From: an uncultured bacterium
Lineage (GTDB): Bacteria; Krumholzibacteriota; Krumholzibacteriia; LZORAL124-64-63
Direction: 5' to 3'
Assembly (NCBI GenBank): GCA_963727525.1
Contig: CAVSGO010000007.1
Location: 928,001-992,000 of the forward strand
Length of the DNA stretch: 64,000 nt
Within the stretch, counting starts at the first letter, position 1. Every line of letters begins with the position of its first letter. The position numbers were made by a program, and so were the translations under genes. Positions 9,021-17,291 of the stretch are shown here, one piece after another. The notes beneath the pieces were generated by a model that was not told where the DNA came from, searched no databases, and saw nothing but the letters and a program-made list of their open reading frames with translations.

Positions 9021-9943
9021 GCGTCCGCCTCCCCATCCTTGGCCATGAGCGCGGCGAGGTGGGACTCGTAGAACTGCACTAGGAAGCTGAGGCTGTCCTC
9101 CGTCACCGACACCAGCGGCAATCGAAGATCGCGCCGGCAGAGCCCCGCCAGGGCCAGCAGTTCCTTCAACGGGGCGGGGTTCGTCTCGACGAAGCAGGCC
9201 CGGCCGACCCGGTCCAGGCGCCGCGCGAGCGCCCAGGCACGCGTGATGTCGCCGTCGCTCCACGCCTGCCACATCGCCACGAGGGTGCGCGGGAGCAGGT
9301 TGCTCACCACGCTCACGGCGCCGCGACCGCCGAGTCCGAAGATCGCGAAGTTCAGGCCGTCATCGCCCGAGAACACCTGCAGGTGGGCGTGCTCGATGGT
9401 CTGCTCGATCTGCAGCAGATTGCCGGAGGCCTCCTTGATCGCCACGATGTTCGGCTCGGCGGCGAGAGTGGTGGCTGTCTCGGGTAGCAGGTTGCAGGCC
9501 GTGCGGCCCGGCACGTTGTAGAGCATGATCGGGATGTCCACGGCACGCGCCACTGCACGGTAGTGCGCCACCAGGCCGTGTTGCTGCGGCTTGTTGTAGT
9601 AGGGCGTGATGAGCATCGCAGCGTCGGCGCCCCAGCTCTTGACGTCGCGCGTCGCGGCGATCGTGCTCGCCGTGGCGTTGGTGCCGGCTCCAGCGATCAC
9701 CAGGCAGCGTCCGCGGCAGATGTCGACGGCGCTGCGTACGAGGAACTCGCGCTCGTCGGCCGTGAGGGTGGCGGCCTCGCCCGTGCATCCCACGGGGACG
9801 ACTCCCGCGACGCCGGCCGCCGCCTGGCGTTCCACGAGCCGCTGCCAGGTCGCGCGGTCGACCTGCCCGTCGGCGAAGGGCGTGACCAGCGCGGTGTAGA
9901 CGCCCTCGCGCATCGTCCACTTTCGAGACATCGTGTCAGACAT
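9017..9943 (-). CDS. dapA: 4-hydroxy-tetrahydrodipicolinate synthase
   Basis: TALVTPF, GCTGEA, PYYNKP, LYNVPGRT, Schiff-base IKEASG, ETNP motifs. Confidence 0.95.
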   Translation of the reverse strand: MSDTMSRKWTMREGVYTALVTPFADGQVDRATWQRLVERQAAAGVAGVVPVGCTGEAATLTADEREFLVRSAVDICRGRCLVIAGAGTNATASTIAATRDVKSWGADAAMLITPYYNKPQQHGLVAHYRAVARAVDIPIMLYNVPGRTACNLLPETATTLAAEPNIVAIKEASGNLLQIEQTIEHAHLQVFSGDDGLNFAIFGLGGRGAVSVVSNLLPRTLVAMWQAWSDGDITRAWALARRLDRVGRACFVETNPAPLKELLALAGLCRRDLRLPLVSVTEDSLSFLVQFYESHLAALMAKDGEADA

Positions 9944-10748
9944 CGGCTGCCACCTCTCCGCGAAATGCGACCACGGCCGGCCCCCTCAGGTGCAGGCCTC
10001 GGGTCGCGAGGTCCACCGTCACTTGCAATTCGTCGCCGCCGCGGGTGCGCAGGGTCACGGGCGACGCGGCCATACCCAGGCTGCAGAGCACCACGGCGGT
10101 GGCCGAGGCGCCCGTGCCGCAGGCCAGGGTCTCGGCCTCGACTCCCCGTTCGTAGGTACGCAAGCGCCACGGCCCCGCGGGATGCGGCCGCTCGACCCAG
10201 TTCACGTTCGTGCCCGCCGGCTGGAAGGCATCGTGGAAACGGAGCCGACGTCCGTCCGCCGCCACGTCGACCACGTCCACGTCGGCCACCGGGATCACCA
10301 GGTGGGGCACGCCCGTGTGGCAGCCATGGTGCGCCGGATACGGCGACCCCGCCACTGGCAGGTCGAGGCGCAGGTCGCGCCAGCCACCAAGGCTCACCTC
10401 GACGCGTCCGGGCGCCAGGAGTTCGCCCTCGTGCGCACCGGCGCGGCTCAGGAAGCGGCACCGCGCGCCGGCCATGCCGCGCGCATGGGCGAACGCCACG
10501 CTGCAACGCGCACCGTTGCCGCACATCTCGGCCTCGCCGCCGTCGGCATTGTAGTAGGTCATGCGAAAATCAGCCTCGTCCACGGGCTCCACGACGATGA
10601 GCCCGTCGGCACCGATCCCGCATCGACGGTCGCACAGCGCGGCGATGCGTGCGCGGTCGAGACCGGCCGCGGGCAGGTCGTCGCCGGCGATCATGATGAA
10701 GTCGTTCCCGGCACCGTGCATCTTCGTGAAAGGCATCCCGCTGCTCAT
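9936..10748 (-). CDS. dapF: Diaminopimelate epimerase
   Basis: FTKMHGAGNDF, EMCGNGARC, GVPH, GTNVN, ERGVEAETLACGTGA. Confidence 0.96.
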   Translation of the reverse strand: MSSGMPFTKMHGAGNDFIMIAGDDLPAAGLDRARIAALCDRRCGIGADGLIVVEPVDEADFRMTYYNADGGEAEMCGNGARCSVAFAHARGMAGARCRFLSRAGAHEGELLAPGRVEVSLGGWRDLRLDLPVAGSPYPAHHGCHTGVPHLVIPVADVDVVDVAADGRRLRFHDAFQPAGTNVNWVERPHPAGPWRLRTYERGVEAETLACGTGASATAVVLCSLGMAASPVTLRTRGGDELQVTVDLATRGLHLRGPAVVAFRGEVAADV

Positions 10749-11968
10749 CGCTCCCCTCCGTCCGGAAGCGGCGCCGCGGCGGTCGAGTCCGGCTGCGCCG
10801 CCAGGGAATCGGCTGCCACCGCCAGCGGCGACGCCCACGGCGTCAGCGTATCCGGCCACACCGGCGAGGGGAAGCGCGTCGTGAGCCCCGGCTCAACCGT
10901 GAGGGAGTCCACCAGGGCCCAGGGTTCGAGTACCCAGGCCCCCAGGGTGTCGCCGGGCACGGCGGGCATCGCCGAGAGCGCGCTGTCGGCATCGACATCG
11001 ACAAAGAACACCGCGCGCACAAGCCCCGGACCGGCCCTGGGGATCTCGACGACACCGGTGTCCGGCACCACGGCCGCCGGCGTACCGCCCCGCGCCACGG
11101 GCCCGGGAGCCCAGCCCGTGTCGCTATCCGCGATCTTGAGCACGAAGGCGAGCACGGACCCCGGCCAGGCCGGCCGGCCAGCCAGGCGACCACGGAGCTG
11201 CCCCGGCGCGTTCGGATCGTAGACCGCGGTGACGCCCAGGTCGATCGACGGGGCGGCCACCGTCACGCGCACCGTGTCCGGCAGCAGCCGCTGCGCTTCG
11301 TTGTCAGCCGGCCGCCGGTCGTGATTCGCGTCCGCGAACGCCCGCACGAGATAGGGCCCGCCGGGTACAGGTAGCCAAGGGAACCGGAACGTACCCGCGC
11401 TGTCGGTCACGGCGCGGCGCAGCAGGGGCTGCTGGAAGTAGCGCAGCGACTCCGGGGGCACGGAGAAGAGCTCGATCACGCCGTCGGCGAGCGGTTTGTT
11501 GTCCTTGACCAGGCTGCCGGTGATCACGCCGACGGGCAGCGAGTCGGCCGTGGCCACGGCCCAGGTGCGCCCGTGCACCAGCGGCACGCCGTGGGCGTCC
11601 TTGAGCGACGGCATCAGCTCGAAGACCACGACGGTATCGGACGGCAGCGGCGTCTCGAGCGTGACGGTGGCCTCGCGCGCCCCGTGCCAGCTCGTCTTCT
11701 GCGCCGTGATGCGAGGATAGAGCGAGAGCCAGCGGAAGGCGTCTTGCCGGTCCATCTTCTCGCTGAAAGTGAACCGCAGCGTCTGCAGATCGCGCAACGC
11801 CACCTGGTCGGAATCCGGACTGGCCGCCATCAGCCATGGCGGTGTGCGGTCCATCGGTCCCCCGGGCGGCGCCTGGGGGTCGGCGCATGCGAGGCAGAGG
11901 GCGAGGCCACCGAGGCCGATCACCAGGCCCAGCGTGCGTCCGCGTGCGTATGCGCGCCCAGGCAGCAT
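10745..11968 (-). CDS. Putative lipoprotein with an Ig-like (Big_5-type) domain
   Basis: Signal peptide ending LACA, then PPGGPMDRTPP and FTFSEKMD; later AFADANHD motif. Confidence 0.6.
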   Translation of the reverse strand: MLPGRAYARGRTLGLVIGLGGLALCLACADPQAPPGGPMDRTPPWLMAASPDSDQVALRDLQTLRFTFSEKMDRQDAFRWLSLYPRITAQKTSWHGAREATVTLETPLPSDTVVVFELMPSLKDAHGVPLVHGRTWAVATADSLPVGVITGSLVKDNKPLADGVIELFSVPPESLRYFQQPLLRRAVTDSAGTFRFPWLPVPGGPYLVRAFADANHDRRPADNEAQRLLPDTVRVTVAAPSIDLGVTAVYDPNAPGQLRGRLAGRPAWPGSVLAFVLKIADSDTGWAPGPVARGGTPAAVVPDTGVVEIPRAGPGLVRAVFFVDVDADSALSAMPAVPGDTLGAWVLEPWALVDSLTVEPGLTTRFPSPVWPDTLTPWASPLAVAADSLAAQPDSTAAAPLPDGGER

Positions 11969-11975
11969 CGGCCTC

Positions 11976-12893
11976 CTACTTCAGGAACGTGGCCAGGATG
12001 GCGCGTTGCGCATGCAACCGGTTCTCCGCCTCGTCATACACGGCCGAATGCGGACCGTCGATGACCTCGTCCGTGATCTCCTCGCCGCGGTGGGCCGGCA
12101 GACAGTGCATCACGATGTGGTCGGGATGGGCCGCCGCCAGGAGCTGCGACGTGATCTGGAAACCCTGGAAATCCTGACGCCTCTTCGCCGCCTCGGCCTC
12201 CTGGCCCATGCTGTAATACGAGTCGCTGTAGATCACGTGCGCACCGGCCACCGCCTCCGCCGGATCGTTCATGACGCAGAAGCTGGCGCCCCTGGCCTCG
12301 GCGTTCTGGAGGATGGCCTCGTCGGGGTCGTAGCCGGCAGGGCAGGCGAGCACGAAATTGAACGGGAACACACAGGCCGCGTTGAGCCAGCTATGCGCCA
12401 GGTTGTTGCCGTCGCCCACCATGACGACGGTCTTGTCGTCGATCGAACCGAGGCGTTCTTCCACGGTCATGATGTCGGCCATCACCTGGCAGGGATGCAG
12501 CAGGTCGGTGAGACCGTTGATGACGGGCACCGTGGCGTGCTCGGCGAGCTCGACGACTTCCTGGTGATCGAACCAGCGGATCATGATGCCGTCGACGAAG
12601 CGGCTGAGCACCCGGGCGACGTCCTTCACGGACTCGCGCGCGCCCATGCCGATCTCCTTGTCCGTGATGAAGAGCGAGTTGCCGCCGAGTTGCCGGATTG
12701 CCACCTCGAAACTGATCCGCGTGCGCAAGCTGGGTTTGGCGAACACGCAGGCGAGTTGACGGCCGGGATGGGTCGGCGCCAGGGCGTGCTGGCGCGCCGG
12801 TGGTTTCTGCCGGCGGGCGAGGTCGAGGATGGCGCGTAGCTCGGCGAGGCTGAAATCGTCGATGCGCAGGAAGTCCTTCTTGCTCGGGCTCAT
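11976..12893 (-). CDS. argF: Ornithine carbamoyltransferase
   Basis: FAKPSLRTRISF, INGLTDLLHPCQ, GDGNN, SMG loop, HCLPAHRGEE, AENRLHAQ; AGGAG RBS. Confidence 0.93.
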   Translation of the reverse strand: MSPSKKDFLRIDDFSLAELRAILDLARRQKPPARQHALAPTHPGRQLACVFAKPSLRTRISFEVAIRQLGGNSLFITDKEIGMGARESVKDVARVLSRFVDGIMIRWFDHQEVVELAEHATVPVINGLTDLLHPCQVMADIMTVEERLGSIDDKTVVMVGDGNNLAHSWLNAACVFPFNFVLACPAGYDPDEAILQNAEARGASFCVMNDPAEAVAGAHVIYSDSYYSMGQEAEAAKRRQDFQGFQITSQLLAAAHPDHIVMHCLPAHRGEEITDEVIDGPHSAVYDEAENRLHAQRAILATFLK

Positions 12894-12987
12894 GCTCGCT
12901 CCTTGGGACCGCCGCCCGGCGGGCGCGGCGCGCTGATTCTCTGCGTCGGGACACCGCGGCGCCACCGGCGCCATCTCGAATGGCCCC

Positions 12988-13015
12988 AAGATAGCAGGCG
13001 GGACGGGCAAGTCCA
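12988..13015 (-). promoter_or_regulatory. Possible extended -10 promoter for the argF-dap unit
   Basis: TGGACT-16 bp-TATCTT with TG-C extension, in the hslU/argF gap. Confidence 0.4.
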
Positions 13016-13040
13016 CAGAGATCCGGGTCCCGCCGCCCCG

Positions 13041-14399
13041 TCAGAGGATGTACCGGCTCAGGTCCTCGTCCCGGACCACCGTCCGCAGCCGCTCGCGCAC
13101 GTACGCGCCGTCGATCGTCACTTCGCCCGACCGCACGTGCGGCACGTCGTAGAGCAGGTCGTCGAGCACGAGAGCCATGATGGTCTGCAACCGGCGCGCG
13201 CCGATGTTCTCGAGGCGCGAGTTGAGCTGGGTGGCCATGCGGGCGACCTCGGCAATCGCATCATCCGTGACGATGACGGTGCAGCTATCCACGCTCAACA
13301 ATGCCTGGTACTGCTTCACCAGCGAGCCGTCGGTCTCGCCCAGGATGCGCACGAAATCGCCCTCGCCCAGGTCGTCCAGCTCCACGCGCACGGGGAAGCG
13401 CCCCTGCAACTCCGGGATCATGTCGCTCGGCTTGGTCATGTGGAACGCACCGGCCGCGATGAAGAGCACGTGATCCGTGCGCACCGGCCCGTACTTGGTG
13501 GCGACGGTGGCGCCCTCGACGATGGGCAACAGGTCGCGCTGCACGCCCTCGCGACTCACGTCGGGGCCGCCAGAACCCTGGCCGCGGCCGCCGGCGATCT
13601 TGTCGATCTCGTCGAGGAAGATGATGCCGCCCTGCTCCACGAGATCGATCGCCTCGGCAACGATCTGGTCCTGGTCGAGGCGCCGTTCGGCCTCCTGCTC
13701 GACCAGCGCCTTGCGGGCCTGCGCCACGGTGACCATGCGCTCCGACTTCTCCTTCGGAAAGATGTTCTTGAGGCTCTCGCCGAATGACGCGTCGAACTCC
13801 TCGCCCGCCGACGTGAAGATGTTCGCGATGGGCACCTTGGATCTCTCGGTGATGATGGTCACCTGCCGATCCTCGAGCACTCCGGATCGGAGCTGTTCGC
13901 GGATCTTGCCGCGGCTGCGCTCCCAGCGCACCCTGCGCTCGGGGTCCTCGTCGGCCAGGGGCGGAAAGAGCAGGTCGACGAGGGCTTCCTCCACGGCCTG
14001 GTCGATCTCCTCGCGATGGGCCGCCTCCTTGCGTGCGCGCACCACGGCGATGCCGTTCTCCACGAGGTCGCGCACGAGGGAGTCGACATCGCGGCCCACG
14101 TAACCGCGCTCGGTGAACTTGGAGGCCTCGGTCTTGAGGAAAGGCAGCCCGGCGATCTGGGCGAGGCGCCGCGCGATCTCCGTCTTGCCCACGCCCGTGG
14201 GGCCGATCATGATGATGTTGTTGGGCACGACCTCGCGCCGCACCTCCTGCGGCAGGCGCATGCGCCGCCAGCGGTTGCGCAGGGCGATGGCCACGGCGCG
14301 CTTGGCTGCGGCCTGGCCCACGATGAAGCGGTCGAGCTCGCCGACGATGTCGGCGCACGAGCGGTCGGTGGACCCGGGCAGCTGCTTGATCTCCATCAC
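13041..14399 (-). CDS. hslU: ATP-dependent protease ATPase subunit HslU
   Basis: AIALRNRWRR, GPTGVGKTEIARRLA, GYVGRD, FLDEIDKI, NIGARRL, C-terminal DLSRYIL. Confidence 0.97.
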   Translation of the reverse strand: MMEIKQLPGSTDRSCADIVGELDRFIVGQAAAKRAVAIALRNRWRRMRLPQEVRREVVPNNIIMIGPTGVGKTEIARRLAQIAGLPFLKTEASKFTERGYVGRDVDSLVRDLVENGIAVVRARKEAAHREEIDQAVEEALVDLLFPPLADEDPERRVRWERSRGKIREQLRSGVLEDRQVTIITERSKVPIANIFTSAGEEFDASFGESLKNIFPKEKSERMVTVAQARKALVEQEAERRLDQDQIVAEAIDLVEQGGIIFLDEIDKIAGGRGQGSGGPDVSREGVQRDLLPIVEGATVATKYGPVRTDHVLFIAAGAFHMTKPSDMIPELQGRFPVRVELDDLGEGDFVRILGETDGSLVKQYQALLSVDSCTVIVTDDAIAEVARMATQLNSRLENIGARRLQTIMALVLDDLLYDVPHVRSGEVTIDGAYVRERLRTVVRDEDLSRYIL

Positions 14400-14962
14400 A
14401 CCGTCTCCTCGCGCACGCCGCCCGGCGCGCCCAGCTCCAGCACCGTCACATGCCGGTTCGTGTAGATGCAGATGTCACCGGCGATCTCGAGCGCAGCGCG
14501 GCAGATTCCCGCGGCATCGAGTTGACCATGCATCGTGAGGGCGCGGGCCGCCGCCAGCGCGTAGCCACCGCCGCTGCCGATCGCCGCCACGTGTTCCTCG
14601 GCCTCGAGGATGTCGCCGTTGCCCGACACGGTGAACACATCGTCACTGTCCATGACGATCATCATGGCCTCGAGACGTCGCAGGATGCGGTCGCTACGCC
14701 ACTCGCGCGCCATCTCCACCGTGGCGCGCCGCAGATGACCATGATAGCGATCGAGGTGCCCTTCGAACTTCTCCGTGAGGGTGAGGGCATCGGCGGCACC
14801 GCCGGCAAAGCCGACGAGCACCTGCCCGTCGCGGAGGCTGCGCACCTTCACCGCCGACTGCTTCACCGCCGTGTCGCCCAGTGTGACCTGGCCATCGCTG
14901 CCGATGGCGCCGCGGCCGTCCCTGAGCACCGCCAGGACGGTGGTGCTGCGCATGCGTGCCAT
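14396..14962 (-). CDS. hslV: ATP-dependent protease subunit HslV
   Basis: TTVLAV, GSDGQVTLG, GFAG, LRRLEA, AIGSGG, DICIYTN. Start trimmed to MARMRS. Confidence 0.96.
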   Translation of the reverse strand: MARMRSTTVLAVLRDGRGAIGSDGQVTLGDTAVKQSAVKVRSLRDGQVLVGFAGGAADALTLTEKFEGHLDRYHGHLRRATVEMAREWRSDRILRRLEAMMIVMDSDDVFTVSGNGDILEAEEHVAAIGSGGGYALAAARALTMHGQLDAAGICRAALEIAGDICIYTNRHVTVLELGAPGGVREETV

Positions 14963-14981
14963 GATGTGTCCTTCCGCCGCG

Positions 14982-15941
14982 TCAACGCCGTGTGCGTGCC
15001 CGCGGATGGGCTTTGAGAAATTCCTCGCGCAACCGTGCACGAGAAAGATGGGTGTAGATCTGGGTGGTCGCCAGGTTGCCGTGTCCGAGCAGCTCCTGCA
15101 CGACGCGGATGCCCGCGCCGCCATCGAGCAGGTGCGTCGCGAAGCTGTGGCGTAGCGTATGCGGGGAAACTCCACCCAGGCCCGCGAGCTCCCCGGCGTA
15201 GTGATGCACGCGCTGCTGGACGGTCCGGCGGCCGATGCGTCCGGTGCCGCGTCCGAGGAAGACCGGCTGGCGCGCCAGGTTGCCGCGCAGGATGCCGTCG
15301 GCGAGGTCGCGCCAGACGACGGGATCGAGTCGGGCGCTCAGGTAGGCGCGCAATGCCTCGTCGGCGCAACCGCACAGAGGCAGCACGCGCTCCTTGCGGC
15401 CCTTGCCGAGCACGCGCACACGCCCGTCCACGAGGTCGACGTCGCCGAGGTTCAGCCCCACGACCTCGGCCAGCCGTAGCCCCAGACCATAGATCATCTC
15501 GAGGAGCGCGCGATCACGCCGGCCACGAGGCGTGGCCGGATCCGGCAGACCGAGGATCTGTTCCAGGAGCTGCTCGTTGAGGTCGTGCGGCAGTTTGCGC
15601 TCGCGCCCGCCGCGGCCCCAGGCCAGGTTCTCGGGCGGTCCCGTGACGACGCCGCTGAGCGTCAAGTAACGGTAGAAAGCGCGGATGCTCGCCAGGTGCC
15701 GATCGACCGTGGCCCGGCTGCGCCCCAGCCGCCGCAACTTCGCCAGGTGGGCGCGCACCAGCCCGCGGTGACCGCCGAGCTGGCGCCAGTGGCCGGTATC
15801 GCCATCGGCCGGCACCACGTCCAGTTCCACGGCGGTGGCAAGGAACGCGCGCAGGTCGCGCGTATAGTGTTCGACCGTACGCGGACTGAGGTTACGCTCA
15901 GTTGCGAGATGGTCGATGAACGGTTGCAGATCGTGCGGCAC
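14982..15941 (-). CDS. xerC: Tyrosine recombinase XerC
   Basis: ERNLSPRTVEHY, RDRALLEMIYGLGLRLAE, GKGRKER, SPHTLRHSFATHLL, TTQIYTHL, AHPRA; topA-trmFO-xerC-hslVU order. Confidence 0.88.
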   Translation of the reverse strand: MPHDLQPFIDHLATERNLSPRTVEHYTRDLRAFLATAVELDVVPADGDTGHWRQLGGHRGLVRAHLAKLRRLGRSRATVDRHLASIRAFYRYLTLSGVVTGPPENLAWGRGGRERKLPHDLNEQLLEQILGLPDPATPRGRRDRALLEMIYGLGLRLAEVVGLNLGDVDLVDGRVRVLGKGRKERVLPLCGCADEALRAYLSARLDPVVWRDLADGILRGNLARQPVFLGRGTGRIGRRTVQQRVHHYAGELAGLGGVSPHTLRHSFATHLLDGGAGIRVVQELLGHGNLATTQIYTHLSRARLREEFLKAHPRARTRR

Positions 15942-15956
15942 GTCGGCGCTCCGGCG

Positions 15957-17291
15957 TCAGCCGGCGAGGCCGGCCATGGCAAGGAAGGCCTCGAGGTCCC
16001 CGAGGCCACGCGCGCGGAGCGCCAGCTTGCGCTCACGCTTGTCGCGGATGCGTTCGTCGAGCTCTGGCAAGAGGCCGAAATTGGCGTTCATGGGCGATAG
16101 CCGCGCGCTCGTGTCGTCGAAGAGGAAACCGTGGTGGAGCCCCCCGAGGATCGTCGTGTACGGCCACGGCGGCAGCTCCTCCTCACGCAGGTCGGCCGTC
16201 AGATGCCACGCGGTGACGAGGCCGCCGGCGAGCGACTCCACGTAACCCTCCACGCCCGTGATCTGCCCCGCCAGTCGCACTGACGGGGCGGCGCGCAGGG
16301 CGAAGTTTCGCGCGAGCACCCGTGGACTGTCCACGTAAAAGTTGCGATGGAGCTGTCCCAGGCGCACGAACTCCGCCTGCTCGAGCCCGGGGATCATGCG
16401 GAAGACGCGCTTCTGTTCGCCCCACTTCAACCGCGTCTGGAAACCCACCAGCCCGTAGAGCGTGCCCTCGCGGTTCTCCTGCCGGAGCTGTACGACGGCA
16501 TGCGGCCGCTTGCCCGAACGTGGATCGATCAGGCCCACCGGCCGCAGCGGACCGAAGGCGAGGGAACGCTGCCCGCCCGCTGCGATCTCCTCGATCGGCT
16601 GGCACCCGTCAAAGAGTTCGCCGCGATCGAAGGCGTGTACATCGGCGCGTTCGGCCCGCGTGAGGGCCTCCCAGAATGCCTCGTATTGCTCGGCGTCGAG
16701 CGCCGCGTTCAGGTAGTCGGCCTCGCCTCGATCATAGCGCGACGCGCGGTACAGGCGGTCGAGATCGAGGGAGTCGCGGGTGACGGTGGGCGCGATGGCG
16801 TCGAAGAAATGCAGGCCGTCCTGCCCCGTGAGGCGGGCGAGCTCCGCCTGCAGCGCCTCGCTGGTGAGCGGTCCGGTGGCGACGATCCAGATACGATCGG
16901 GCGCGGATGGCAATGCCGTGATCTCGTCACGCGCCACCGTGATGAGAGGTTCCTCGAGCACGCGCTCGCTGACGGCCGCGGCGAAAGCCTCGCGATCGAC
17001 GGCGAGGGCCGCACCGGCGGGCACCGCACACGTGCGTGCGATCGGCAGCAGGGCGCAGCCGAGCTTGTCGAGTTCGTCCTTGAGCATGCCGCTGGCGGTG
17101 GTGGGATCGGTGCTCTTGAGTGAGTTGGAGCACACGATTTCCGCGAGGTCGCCGCCACGGTGCGCGAGGGTCGGTCTCTGCGGGCGCATCTCGTGCAGCG
17201 TCACCGGGAACCCGAATCGCGCCAGTTGCAGCGCGGCCTCGCATCCCGCGAGGCCACCGCCGACCACGTGGATATCGGGACGGCCGCTCAT
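15957..17291 (-). CDS. trmFO: tRNA (uracil-5)-methyltransferase TrmFO
   Basis: VVGGGLAGCEAA, EIVCSNSL, HFFDAIAP, VGFQTRLKWGEQ, AGQITGVEGYVES. Confidence 0.96.
   Translation of the reverse strand: MSGRPDIHVVGGGLAGCEAALQLARFGFPVTLHEMRPQRPTLAHRGGDLAEIVCSNSLKSTDPTTASGMLKDELDKLGCALLPIARTCAVPAGAALAVDREAFAAAVSERVLEEPLITVARDEITALPSAPDRIWIVATGPLTSEALQAELARLTGQDGLHFFDAIAPTVTRDSLDLDRLYRASRYDRGEADYLNAALDAEQYEAFWEALTRAERADVHAFDRGELFDGCQPIEEIAAGGQRSLAFGPLRPVGLIDPRSGKRPHAVVQLRQENREGTLYGLVGFQTRLKWGEQKRVFRMIPGLEQAEFVRLGQLHRNFYVDSPRVLARNFALRAAPSVRLAGQITGVEGYVESLAGGLVTAWHLTADLREEELPPWPYTTILGGLHHGFLFDDTSARLSPMNANFGLLPELDERIRDKRERKLALRARGLGDLEAFLAMAGLAG

Noticed and set aside
11976-12893. N-acetyl- or N-succinyl-ornithine carbamoyltransferase, because of SLRT in place of STRT
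   Set aside because: The SMG loop and HCLPAHRGEE typical of ordinary OTC are present.
5054-15941. Two tyrosine recombinases as integrases flanking a genomic island
   Set aside because: Both sit in standard xerC and xerD housekeeping contexts, the genes between them are core genes, and no att repeats or tRNA are visible.
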